A stretch of DNA of 64,000 nucleotides from an uncultured Thermoprotei archaeon. GTDB lineage: Archaea > Thermoproteota > Thermoprotei > Thermofilales > B15-G2. Positions within the stretch are counted from its first letter, which is position 1. Each line of letters starts with the position of its first letter. The DNA lies in NCBI GenBank assembly GCA_965367815.1, contig CBDUKN010000005.1, positions 64,001 to 128,000 on the forward strand, written 5' to 3'. Under the pieces are notes generated by a model. The model was not told the DNA's origin and made no database searches. It worked only from the letters and a program-made list of their open reading frames with translations. This document shows, piece by piece, positions 20,631-29,948 of the stretch. The position numbers were made by a program, and so were the translations under genes.

Positions 20631-21701
20631 ATGGTTTCAATGATAGTTTCATGGGTTCATACACCTAAAGTACTAACTGAAGTAGGCGTAGATAGAGCAG
20701 TACGTGAATTAGTTGAATTAAAAGTAGAGAGAGCTCTACCGATTATAGTAGAAGGGTCTGGTGCGCTCTACGATACAAAGGTTTACGAGAAAAGCGAGCG
20801 AAGCTTAGGCGACGCTAAGATAGCTGAGTTCTTTATGAAACTACACGAAGCGGGTATAGAAGTACATCCATGGATAGTTTCACTCAATAGACCTCATGGA
20901 AAGTTTTCCCAAGAACACAGAGACTGGTATGTTGTAAATAAGAAGGGCGAAAGCTGCATAGATAAGCCTCCTTACATAGAGCACTATAAGTGGCTTTGTC
21001 CTACAAGAGAAGAAACAAGAAAATTCTTGGCGGATAACGCGCTTGAAATATTGGAGAAATTCGATGTAGATGGAATACACTTGGACTACATTAGGCTACC
21101 CGACATAAGGCTACCTATTCACTTCAGAAAACGCTATGGATTGCCTGAAGAAGACAAACTTTTCCCTGAATACGATTTCTGCTACTGTGAAGTCTGTAGA
21201 AGCAAGTACAGAGAGGAAACAGGTCTAGATCCCATAGAGATAGATTATTTAAATAAAAGAGATTACGAGAAATGGTTTAAGTGGAGAGCTAAACAAGTAT
21301 CTAAAGTTGTTGAAATAGCATATAATGCTATCAAAAAATACGACCCTAAACTGAAGCTATCAGCAGCAGTATTTCCTACACCGCTTATAGCATACAGATA
21401 TGTCTTCCAGCAGTGGGCTTCATGGAAAATAGACTTCTTGTGTCCAATGATATATCATAAGTACTACGAAAAGCCTGTAGAGTGGATAGGCAAAGCTACA
21501 CTTGAATGCGTAGCCACAGGCAAAGAAATATACTCAGGAATACATGCTTATATGCTAGAAGAGAAAAAAGAAGTTGAAAAAGCAATACAGTATGCTCTAG
21601 AAAACGGGGCAGACGGAGTATGCTTTTTCCTATACCCCTTCCCTCATAAAAACCAGCTAGAATACTTTAAGGAAGCAGTCAAGAAATATTATTGTCAGTA
21701 A
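20631..21701 (+). CDS. GHL10/DUF187 glycoside hydrolase-like protein
   Basis: VHPW, WLCP, DGIHLDYIR, SAAV, PMIY. Confidence 0.8.
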   Translation: MVSMIVSWVHTPKVLTEVGVDRAVRELVELKVERALPIIVEGSGALYDTKVYEKSERSLGDAKIAEFFMKLHEAGIEVHPWIVSLNRPHGKFSQEHRDWYVVNKKGESCIDKPPYIEHYKWLCPTREETRKFLADNALEILEKFDVDGIHLDYIRLPDIRLPIHFRKRYGLPEEDKLFPEYDFCYCEVCRSKYREETGLDPIEIDYLNKRDYEKWFKWRAKQVSKVVEIAYNAIKKYDPKLKLSAAVFPTPLIAYRYVFQQWASWKIDFLCPMIYHKYYEKPVEWIGKATLECVATGKEIYSGIHAYMLEEKKEVEKAIQYALENGADGVCFFLYPFPHKNQLEYFKEAVKKYYCQ

Positions 21702-21802
21702 ATTATTTTCTTAAACCCAAAGTATAGAAATTTGTTTTCTTTAATTGACTGTCTTACTACACTGCTTATAGCCTAATTTTTGAAAGATTCAGAATTGCTT
21801 AC

Positions 21803-21838
21803 TTTTTACCTAAATTCACCTTAATTATTAGGTAAAAA
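21803..21838. promoter_or_regulatory. Inverted repeat TTTTTACCTAA-N14-TTAGGTAAAAA upstream of ArsR operon
   Basis: Perfect 11-bp arms just upstream of TTTATATA (~21849-56). Confidence 0.5.
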
Positions 21839-21899
21839 TATAGAAAAATTTATATAAGCTATAAAATTTAATATATACCTAGAGAAAAAAATAATATAG

Positions 21900-22238
21900 G
21901 TGAAGCATATAGGTGATACATGTGTGCATGAACCTAAGGATCTTCGTGAGTTGGCGAAAATACTCTCTATTTTATCAAATCCTATTCGCCTGAGGATGAT
22001 AGCTATGTTATCTGAAAAGCCTATGTATATTTCGGAAATAGCGCGTCAATTGAATATTCCTTATCCGATAGCTCATCTCCATTTATCGGCTTTGGAGAGA
22101 GCAGGTTTCATTAAGGGAGAATACATAATGTACACAGGAAAACGAGCATACGTTAAAAAATACTACAGGGTTATTCCTTTTAAAATAACTATTACTCCTG
22201 ATAAAATAAGAAAATTAGCTAGAGGTGAGGAATTATGA
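21900..22238 (+). CDS. ArsR/SmtB family wHTH regulator
   Basis: LSNPIRLRMIAML, YISEIARQL, HLHLSALERAGFI. Confidence 0.88.
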   Translation: MKHIGDTCVHEPKDLRELAKILSILSNPIRLRMIAMLSEKPMYISEIARQLNIPYPIAHLHLSALERAGFIKGEYIMYTGKRAYVKKYYRVIPFKITITPDKIRKLARGEEL

Positions 22239-22612
22239 CTCTCGATGAGGCTACTGCATTAATGGGTGCAGCGATATTTATTGCTGTTTTTGCAGTGCCT
22301 ATAGCCATGTTTTACTATGTAGGTGAATTTGGATTAGATGTCTGGGTTGCGATAGGAGTTTCTGCGCTAGCTATAATTGTAGGAGGAGTTCTAGCTATGG
22401 TGACGATGGTGGTCGCTTATCAATCATTGAGTGAAAGAGGCGGCACTGTAAATAGAATAATGAAGAGAATATGGGAAGAATATGGAGAAAAGGGGCTGGC
22501 TTATAGTGCGCGGCAGAGAGCTATGCTCGAAGAATTAGATGAAATAGTTGAGCTACTTAGAGAGATTCGTGATTTACTTAAAGGTGAATATGATGAGACG
22601 AGAAAGTACTAA
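22235..22612 (+). CDS. Two-TM membrane protein with C-terminal LLREIRDLLK helix
   Basis: SD GAGGTG upstream, ATGA overlap with ArsR gene, two hydrophobic helices. Confidence 0.75.
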   Translation: MTLDEATALMGAAIFIAVFAVPIAMFYYVGEFGLDVWVAIGVSALAIIVGGVLAMVTMVVAYQSLSERGGTVNRIMKRIWEEYGEKGLAYSARQRAMLEELDEIVELLREIRDLLKGEYDETRKY

Positions 22613-22745
22613 AGAGAAGAAGCTTAAGTACGCTGATTTAAGTGATAGTGAAGTAGAGGAGCTTATAATGAAGCGTCTTAGAGAAATGAAGGAGCTTTTG
22701 AAGGAAATAAGAGATATTCTGAAGGAGGCTGGTGGATATGAGTAA
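22590..22745 (+). CDS. Small soluble coiled-coil protein (LLKEIRDILK)
   Basis: SD GGTGA 22583-87 before ATG 22590/22593; overlaps both neighbours. Confidence 0.6.
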   Translation: MMRRESTKEKKLKYADLSDSEVEELIMKRLREMKELLKEIRDILKEAGGYE

Positions 22746-23529
22746 TTTATTTGACGAGTACTATGCTTATCTTAGCGAGAAAAAGTCTAAGTTTAGGGGT
22801 CCTGTAAAAGTTACTTCAAATACTTTATCAGTAGCGGGGTCTCTTGTACTAAGAGAGGACACTAATATTCCTGCAATTAAAGTTGCTGGGAGCTTAAAGC
22901 ATTTGGGGAGTATTAAGGCTGAAACCGTTAAGATTGCTGGTAGTCTTGAGGTGAAGAACGATCTTGAAGCTGAGAATGTAAGTGTTACCGGAAGTCTTTT
23001 TGTGGGAAATAATCTCACAGTAAATAATTTATTCAAAATTGCGGGTTCAGCTAACATAAAGGGAAATGTTAAAGGAGGCAGAGTAAAGATTGCGGGTAAA
23101 CTCAAAGCTACTGACGTTGAATGCGATTACTTCAGGTCTAGCGGGAAAGTAATACTAAGGAAACTTAAAGCAGACGAAGTGTTTATTGAGCTTCACTCAA
23201 GTACATGTCACATAAATGTAATTGAAGGAAATGATATTGAAGTAAGGCTTCAGGAAGAATATGAGGAAGATACAGTTACTAGAATAATTTCTAGAGCACT
23301 CAGTATTTTATTTGAATGTTTTAGTCTAGAAACTCTAGAGAAAGAAGGAAAACTATATTCAAGTAAAATAAAAGGCAAAAACATTTACTTAGAAAATACT
23401 GTATGTGAGCTAGTTGAAGGGGATTTTGTTGAAATAGGCCCTGGCTGTGAAATCGATAAAGTTGTCTATAAGTATGAGTTAATTGGTCATCCAGAGTCGC
23501 GTGTAAAAGAATCTGTTAAAATAAGCTAA
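22738..23529 (+). CDS. Bactofilin/polymer-forming cytoskeletal protein (YhbE/YhbF type)
   Basis: ~17-aa beta-helix repeats (V/I)AGS; C-terminal IYLENT...EGD.VEIGPGCEI..V.Y as in Bacillus YhbE/F. Confidence 0.82.
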   Translation: MSNLFDEYYAYLSEKKSKFRGPVKVTSNTLSVAGSLVLREDTNIPAIKVAGSLKHLGSIKAETVKIAGSLEVKNDLEAENVSVTGSLFVGNNLTVNNLFKIAGSANIKGNVKGGRVKIAGKLKATDVECDYFRSSGKVILRKLKADEVFIELHSSTCHINVIEGNDIEVRLQEEYEEDTVTRIISRALSILFECFSLETLEKEGKLYSSKIKGKNIYLENTVCELVEGDFVEIGPGCEIDKVVYKYELIGHPESRVKESVKIS

Positions 23530-24131
23530 GGATATATTTTGGCTCCCATAACGCGTGGGTTGTTATCGTATATTTCTTTTATATGAAATATATAGACTGG
23601 TGTTTTGCTCCAGTCTCGTTGCTTTTTCCCACCATGATATAAATCGTGTACTGCATTGACGTACTTCCAGTATACGTCGTTTTCATGTATAGTTACAGTG
23701 CATCTTACTTCATACGTTATATTAGGAGGTATATAGAATAAGAGAGTTGCAGTAGGGTTTTTACGAACATTAGTCCATGTATGGCGTTTAGCTAATTCAA
23801 TAGATGTTAATTTACTGAAATCTACTTTATTTTCATCATAAACGAGCTCTAAGAGTATTTTAAGAGCTTCTTTTGAGTCAATACCTTTCTCCAAGCATTC
23901 GAGTAATTTATTCGTAGTCTCTTCTAAGTACTCCTCCTTTAATATAAATCCAACACCCTTTATTGATGCATTGAGGCCTGCTGGACCATAGCTTACTACT
24001 GCTGGTGTATGCCTAAGAAAACCTATGAGAAAGTCTTCTCTAGTGCTTTTGCCTTTGAGGACACGCTGTATGAGTTCTTTTCTCTCAGTGAAGATATGTT
24101 TAATAAATTGAGCGGGAATACTGCTCATCAA
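23526..24131 (-). CDS. Pyridoxamine 5'-phosphate oxidase-like FMN-binding protein
   Basis: HTWTNVRKNPTATLLFY, YIFHIKEIYDN. Confidence 0.7.
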   Translation of the reverse strand: MMSSIPAQFIKHIFTERKELIQRVLKGKSTREDFLIGFLRHTPAVVSYGPAGLNASIKGVGFILKEEYLEETTNKLLECLEKGIDSKEALKILLELVYDENKVDFSKLTSIELAKRHTWTNVRKNPTATLLFYIPPNITYEVRCTVTIHENDVYWKYVNAVHDLYHGGKKQRDWSKTPVYIFHIKEIYDNNPRVMGAKIYP

Positions 24132-24152
24132 AGAATATTGTAATTATGTTAC

Positions 24153-24854
24153 TTAAATATATTTGAGAGCTTTTACAGGAATCTTGTATAGTTGGGTTAA
24201 TTTATTTACTGTTGAACGCATAGCTACAAGAGCAAAAGCTCCTATAGGGTTTGCCTTAGCTATTTTACATGCATCAAGTAAAGCCGAAATTGTAGCCCCT
24301 GAGCGAATAATGTCGTCTACAACTAGTATTTTTTCATCTGGTTTAAGTATGTTCTTAGGTAAGTATAGGTACGAGTATAGTCCACTTGGAAAAACTCTTT
24401 TTATCTCAATAAAGTCTCTCACACCTATTTCTTTTCTATGTTTAGCTATAGCTATGTCGACTCCTATTTTCTCTGCTATAAGGACGGCTAGAGGTATGCC
24501 GTCTGTTTCTACAGTTAAAACTTTTTCTACTTCACTAAACTCTTCTACAACTACGCTTGCAACTAAACTTAAAAGCTGTGTATCACTAATGATTTTAGAT
24601 ACATCTACTACGCCATTAGTTAGTTTTAATTTTCTATCGAGTAATTTAGGCAGTAATGTTTCGTGAAATTTATTTATTATTTCTCTGGCTCTTTCTGTGC
24701 TTGGAAGTATTCTCCCATTGATATATTGGCTTAAAAGTGAGGGTGATAGATTAAATACTGGTGAAAGTTCATCATATGAGAATTCTTTCTTAAGTACCCT
24801 TAGTACTTCTACTGATATTAGCTTTAGTCTAAGAGAGTCTAGTTTTCCCGACAT
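24153..24854 (-). CDS. HTH-fused phosphoribosyltransferase (PurR-like)
   Basis: N-terminal HTH LSQYINGRILPS; ILVVDDIIRSGAT. Confidence 0.85.
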   Translation of the reverse strand: MSGKLDSLRLKLISVEVLRVLKKEFSYDELSPVFNLSPSLLSQYINGRILPSTERAREIINKFHETLLPKLLDRKLKLTNGVVDVSKIISDTQLLSLVASVVVEEFSEVEKVLTVETDGIPLAVLIAEKIGVDIAIAKHRKEIGVRDFIEIKRVFPSGLYSYLYLPKNILKPDEKILVVDDIIRSGATISALLDACKIAKANPIGAFALVAMRSTVNKLTQLYKIPVKALKYI

Positions 24855-25044
24855 TCAAGTATATAATTGAGTGATAAGAGTTTAAAAATTTGTTTAACTT
24901 ATTTTAGTACTAAGAGTTCTGTTAAACTTATCCTGCTCTCTTAAACAAGTTAGTACATTATATAGTAGTGGTAAATGATAAAGATTTGCAGAAAAATCTC
25001 GGGGAACAAGGTAAATAATTTTATTAAAAAATAACACAGAATAT

Positions 25045-26166
25045 TTAGCCTGTTAATATTATCTTTTTAACGAAGTTTATTACTTCTGCTTGATCTCCTT
25101 TCTCTCTAATTGCTTCGAGTTCATCTTTTCTAGCGTATATTAAGAGCGCTTTCTTAAGGCAGTTTGCTATAAATTCTTTCGATAGTGCCATTGCTCTAAC
25201 AGGATTCATCCTATAGGTAAACTGGTCTTCACCATACCAGCCGTCGTAACCTATGTCGATTGTCGCGTAAAGGAAGTCTACATAGCGCCAAATATCTCCT
25301 GTTCCGGCTACTCTATCTTCATCGTTGCTATGTAGCTTAGCTGTGTTTGAATGTATGTTAAGTAGAGGAACTCCAAGTACTTTTAGTGCATACACTGTTT
25401 GAGAAGGCTCTGACGCATACATTTGTTCGTGACCATAGTCAATACAGACTCCCATGTTATCTACTCCGCATTCTCTATTTACTTCTTTAGCAATGAACGC
25501 CGCTAAGTGCGTTGTCGGTATCACCATATTTCCTTCACGAGGCTCATGAAGTTTTGCTTCGACGCAGAACTTTAATCCATTTTTATGAGCTTCTTTATTT
25601 ATTGTAATGCATGCATCTATAAACATTTCAAGCTGTTTACCGTAATTTACTTCAAAGTTGTAGTCCCAGCCATCAGAGCCAGGCCACAAGTTTACTGTTC
25701 CACAGCCTAATTTCTTAGCTATTTCAATAGCTTTAAGAGCTTGTTGTAGAGCTTCTTCTCTGATTTCTTTCTTTACATTGGTTACTCCACCCATTTTGTA
25801 CTTAGGGTCCGTCCAGAGATTCATGTTCATGTTTGTTGCAACCATGTCGTGTTCTTTCAAGAACTCTTTTACTTCAGCTATTTTATCTTCATTTATTTCG
25901 CCTTTTTCATTTAAAAATAGTACATCGTGGAACTCTACTCCCTTGATGCCAGCTTTATATACTCGCTCAAGCTGAGAAATAATGTCGCTTTTAAGCTCAG
26001 GGAAGTATCCTTTGGTAGCAAATCTGTCCATGAAGTCTCCTGCTGCCCAGTGTCCAGCAGCTATTTTTATGTCAAAGTCCTTTATGAATTCTTCAAGTTT
26101 TTCTCCTTCAAGGTACCCTACATAGTATGTTTCAAGTTTGCTTAAATTCTCTCTAGTTATTTTCAC
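25045..26166 (-). CDS. Xylose isomerase-like sugar isomerase
   Basis: GVEFHD, LWPGSDG, EAKLHEPRE, DYGHE, DED metal ligands. Confidence 0.8.
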   Translation of the reverse strand: MKITRENLSKLETYYVGYLEGEKLEEFIKDFDIKIAAGHWAAGDFMDRFATKGYFPELKSDIISQLERVYKAGIKGVEFHDVLFLNEKGEINEDKIAEVKEFLKEHDMVATNMNMNLWTDPKYKMGGVTNVKKEIREEALQQALKAIEIAKKLGCGTVNLWPGSDGWDYNFEVNYGKQLEMFIDACITINKEAHKNGLKFCVEAKLHEPREGNMVIPTTHLAAFIAKEVNRECGVDNMGVCIDYGHEQMYASEPSQTVYALKVLGVPLLNIHSNTAKLHSNDEDRVAGTGDIWRYVDFLYATIDIGYDGWYGEDQFTYRMNPVRAMALSKEFIANCLKKALLIYARKDELEAIREKGDQAEVINFVKKIILTG

Positions 26167-26300
26167 ATTTTTTTCTCAGCTACAAAATATTTAAAACTAA
26201 GTACCGAAGTATGATTTAAATCAGTTTGACAGAAACGTTTTCTAAATATCGAAGCTGTACCTCTGATTAAAGTAAAGAAGAAAAAATAATAGTTTAAAAA

Positions 26301-27209
26301 TTATAGGTATTCTTTCCAATACTTTACGCTTTCAACTAAATCATTTATAACTGTTTCTTCTTTTGCTTCAAATGGATGAATTACTTCTAAGAACAAGTAG
26401 ACTTTACTTGCTCCTCCTTTTTCTAAGGCTTTTATTACTTTATCTGGTTTGATTATTCCGATTTTATTATACTGTTCTGTGAATGGCCAGTGTCTGTCGG
26501 CTTTCCCGTCTGTTTGCTGTATATGCAGGCATGGCGTGTCTTTAGCAAGAGCTTTTAGCCATTCATAGGGATCAAGATCTTTCTTGGAAGCAGCTTTAGG
26601 ATTACACGCATGTCCTACATCAATGCATAGCTTTACGGGTATCGCTGAATACTTGTTTACTTCTTTCAGTATATTTTTAGCTTCTTCGATGCTAGCTGGA
26701 GGTTCTCGGCTTATGGGCATCGGCTCCCATAGTATATTCTCTAAGCCATATGCCTTAGCATACCTTGTTAATTCAGATACCTCTTCTAAAAGCACTTTAA
26801 GTAGGAAGTTTCTTCTCTCCTCGTTTTCATAGTCGTGTACAGTCATAGCGCCAATATGTCCGCCTGTAGCTTTAGCTCCAAGAATAGAGGTTATTTTTAC
26901 TGCTCTGCAGTACCAGTCTAGTGCATCGAGTCTGAACAAGGGATTTGGATGTAGAAGCATGTTGAAGCTGTATGCTGCTAAGCCTGTAAAAGTACTGTGA
27001 ATTTCTACACCATATTCTTTGAGAGCATCTATGCATTCATTTAAGTATACTTCAATTGAGTTCCAGGAAGATTTAGGGTCGAGTAAGTCGAAGCTAAACT
27101 GGACATATTTTACTTCAAGCTTAGTTGCAGTAATTTCGATCCATGCTTTAGGTTCAACTAATCTTTTTACAGCCCAACAATTATTTACTCCTAATAGAAA
27201 CTCTGTCAC
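26301..27209 (-). CDS. Sugar-phosphate epimerase (EryC-like TIM barrel)
   Basis: NNCWAVKR..EP, STFTG, WEPMP..RE, DVGH, QQTDG..D.HWPFT. Confidence 0.75.
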   Translation of the reverse strand: MTEFLLGVNNCWAVKRLVEPKAWIEITATKLEVKYVQFSFDLLDPKSSWNSIEVYLNECIDALKEYGVEIHSTFTGLAAYSFNMLLHPNPLFRLDALDWYCRAVKITSILGAKATGGHIGAMTVHDYENEERRNFLLKVLLEEVSELTRYAKAYGLENILWEPMPISREPPASIEEAKNILKEVNKYSAIPVKLCIDVGHACNPKAASKKDLDPYEWLKALAKDTPCLHIQQTDGKADRHWPFTEQYNKIGIIKPDKVIKALEKGGASKVYLFLEVIHPFEAKEETVINDLVESVKYWKEYL

Positions 27210-27579
27210 ATTTCTTTATATTCTTAAAAAATATAAAAAACTAAGCGAGAGTAAATTCTGGTTAACAGCATTTATACTACCTCAAATATCTTTTTTGTCG
27301 TTGAACAGGTAATAATAGATGAAAAGAGATAAATAGAAATTGAGGAAAAGGTGAAGTGTCTAAAAAGGCTGAGGGTAAATACCAGAACATAATCAATGAA
27401 AAACCGATAAAGAATCTAAATAAACCAAATATTAATTTGGTTAAAATATTTAACAAATATCATAACACTAATATTTATTTACTAAAATTAAATGAAAAAA
27501 TAAGAACCAGTATTGGTAGTAGTAAGGGAAAAAATTCCTGCTTTTTGATATCTAGTCTAAAGACCCCCTCGGTGAGAAC

Positions 27580-27613
27580 GAAAAAGGTGCACTCTTTCAT
27601 GAAAAAGGTGCAC
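27580..27613. repeat. Direct repeat GAAAAAGGTGCAC x2, 21-bp period
   Basis: Exact copies at 27580-92 and 27601-13 in a ~500-bp divergent intergenic region. Confidence 0.7.
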
Positions 27614-27707
27614 GAGGTGGCTATATTCGAGATAGTTTTAATAAATATGCTTATATTGGTGTTTTTTCTAGTATTATTAAAAAATAGTGTTGCAAAGGTG
27701 TAGACAA

Positions 27708-28715
27708 ATGATGTTTGATAGCAAAACTTACAAAATATTAAGTACTCTACACTTGAATCCATTGAACTTAATGGAAATCTCAAGAGCTACAGGTATACCT
27801 TACTCTACGCTAAGGCGACGGATAAATAAGCTTAGAACACAGATCAGAGTCTTCGCTAGACCTAATTACTGGAGACTGGGCTTAGCCCCTATGGTATATC
27901 TTCTGCCTTTCAGTGAAAAAGACTTTGATGTCTTCAGTAAAGCATACTACACTAGAAGTTTAATTAAATTCTTCCATAGAGGAGGAAGAAAACTCTTCGT
28001 GTATTTGACAATACCAATGGAGTTTAAGAGCATAATAGATGTTGTACTAAGGTCTACTGCTGAAGTATATTTTGCTGATGAAGTAATAGAAATGACGTCT
28101 CCTAAGGAATTTAAGCCCGAGGTCGACTGGGAGGAGGTATTTAATATTGTTGTAAAAACAGAAGAAAAGAAGATAGAGATTGCAAAAGAAGAAGTATTTG
28201 ATGTGAAAGATCTGCTTATTATAAGAGAGCTTGAAAAAGATTCACTAATAACATTCAAGAACATAGCTGAAACAGTTGGAATAAGTGAGGAACTTTGTCT
28301 TTACCACTATTACAGGCATATTATTGAGAGAAAATTGATAAAAGAGTTTACAGTAAGAGTGAAGATAAGTAAAGAAGAAATACCTTCATTGCTATTTATT
28401 ATAGAAGCTAAAAGAAATATTACTGGTTTAATAAAAGGCTTTCAGAAAATACACTATGTAGAGGATATTTACTTAACGCGTAATAAGTATATTTTAGTTC
28501 AAATACAGCTTCCTTCAAGCTACTGGGTGAATTTATTCAGACTGCTAGATAGGCTACAAGAAGAAGACATAGTCAAGGAATATGATGTACTAGTACAAGA
28601 CCCTAAGGTATGCCTAGAGCTTCCACTAAACGATAAGGCCTGGAATGAGACCCATAGACGCTGGATGATAGACCCTGTTCTAGAAGAAATCATTAGGAGT
28701 AGACGTAAAGCCTAG
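27708..28715 (+). CDS. Double-HTH (Lrp/AsnC-like) transcriptional regulator
   Basis: EISRATGIPYSTLRRRI and DLLIIRELEKDS...NIAETVGIS HTHs; ATG 27708 preferred over 27687. Confidence 0.75.
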   Translation: MMFDSKTYKILSTLHLNPLNLMEISRATGIPYSTLRRRINKLRTQIRVFARPNYWRLGLAPMVYLLPFSEKDFDVFSKAYYTRSLIKFFHRGGRKLFVYLTIPMEFKSIIDVVLRSTAEVYFADEVIEMTSPKEFKPEVDWEEVFNIVVKTEEKKIEIAKEEVFDVKDLLIIRELEKDSLITFKNIAETVGISEELCLYHYYRHIIERKLIKEFTVRVKISKEEIPSLLFIIEAKRNITGLIKGFQKIHYVEDIYLTRNKYILVQIQLPSSYWVNLFRLLDRLQEEDIVKEYDVLVQDPKVCLELPLNDKAWNETHRRWMIDPVLEEIIRSRRKA

Positions 28716-29055
28716 CTTCACTGTAGCTTATTTCATGTTGCTTTTTCTTCCAATAGTACTTGTAGTAGTCTTTTACAAATTTCTTAACAAGCTGCTCAAA
28801 TCTAATAGGATCTCTTTTTCTCAGTTCTCTGAGCTCTTTCTCTAATTCAGGACAACTTAAGCCCCCATTAGGTTTAAGTAAAGTCTGAAACTGTTTTTCT
28901 ACATAAAGAACTAGCGGATGATTTTCTCTAAGGCGCTCGACTTCAGTAGTTAAAGTGCTTTCACCTATTTCATCTAGTGTTCTTAAAATCAGTTCGCTTA
29001 AAAGAAACCATACAACTAGGTTACTCATCAAGTAAATAGGGGAAGAGTCTTTCAT
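28693..29055 (-). CDS. Hypothetical protein
   Basis: Overlaps the FrhB-like gene end. Confidence 0.55.
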   Translation of the reverse strand: MKDSSPIYLMSNLVVWFLLSELILRTLDEIGESTLTTEVERLRENHPLVLYVEKQFQTLLKPNGGLSCPELEKELRELRKRDPIRFEQLVKKFVKDYYKYYWKKKQHEISYSEARLYVYS

Positions 29056-29948
29056 ATCTTTTTCTTCGAGGCGATTTTCTCTTTGATTTTTTGCATTTTA
29101 AGTACTTGATATATGTTAACGTTGCTGTCTACTTCTAAGTACTTCTCTGCTACTTCTAGAGCTTTTAATCCATCATTACTTAAAACAAGTATTGTAGTTT
29201 CAGATGGAGAAGAGCCTGCGTTACCTAAAGCTATGTCTGCTTCAAAAGGTATAAAGCACTTGCAGCTAAGACACTTAGTGCTAGACTTAAGTTCTGAAAG
29301 CTTTATTGATACTATTGAGGAGCCGATATATATTTTTAAATCTTTTTTAACTACTTCCATTCTATTAATTTTTTCTACATTAATGTTATTTGATTCAAGA
29401 ATATTTTTAATACTTGATAAATAGAAGTTTTTAAAGCAGAAAAGCCCTATTTTTAAGAACTTTACTCCCATTAACTTCTCTAAGTTAAATGCAGCTCTAA
29501 TATGGCACGGCAAGCCTATAATGCAGACTTTCTTATCTTTGACTCTAGAGAAGTCTATTTCTTGAAGTATGGGTGTATAAAAGTACCTTGAACCAGATAT
29601 TTTAACAGCGTCGCTGCTATTGGTAATTGAAATAGCTCGAGGTGCATTAAAGTCTCTCGCAGCTGCCACGGCTTCGTCCACAGCTTTTTCTTCAAGTAGC
29701 GCGTAGACAATGGTTGAAGCGACTCCTCCGTTTTGAGCAATCTGAGCTATGTTTTCTAGTCTTGTTTTGGCTTTAGCAGAGTATTTAATGTTTATGTCTT
29801 TAGTTAAAGTCATGTCAGGACATACTTTTTTACATATACTGCATCCTATGCATTTTTCTTTATTTAAGTGTATTTTTTCATCAATAATAGATAGAGCTTT
29901 TGTAGGGCATACTGCTATACATGCTCCACAGAGCGAGCAGGGCTTCAT
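29052..29948 (-). CDS. F420 hydrogenase/dehydrogenase beta-subunit family (FrhB-like) with 2x4Fe-4S
   Basis: CSLCGACIAVCP, CIGCSICKKVCP, QNGG, GSRY, GLPC, IGLFC, ADIALG. Confidence 0.88.
   Translation of the reverse strand: MKPCSLCGACIAVCPTKALSIIDEKIHLNKEKCIGCSICKKVCPDMTLTKDINIKYSAKAKTRLENIAQIAQNGGVASTIVYALLEEKAVDEAVAAARDFNAPRAISITNSSDAVKISGSRYFYTPILQEIDFSRVKDKKVCIIGLPCHIRAAFNLEKLMGVKFLKIGLFCFKNFYLSSIKNILESNNINVEKINRMEVVKKDLKIYIGSSIVSIKLSELKSSTKCLSCKCFIPFEADIALGNAGSSPSETTILVLSNDGLKALEVAEKYLEVDSNVNIYQVLKMQKIKEKIASKKKI

Noticed and set aside
22590-22636. ATGATGA...CTGA as a C/D sRNA
   Set aside because: Coincides with an SD-led start codon; inner boxes poor and guides A-rich
27210-27707. Replication origin
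   Set aside because: No ORB-like repeats and no cdc6/orc1 or whiP gene nearby
27356-27783. Overlapping ORFs 27356-27703 (+) and 27475-27783 (-)
   Set aside because: Low-complexity AT-rich translations in a promoter region
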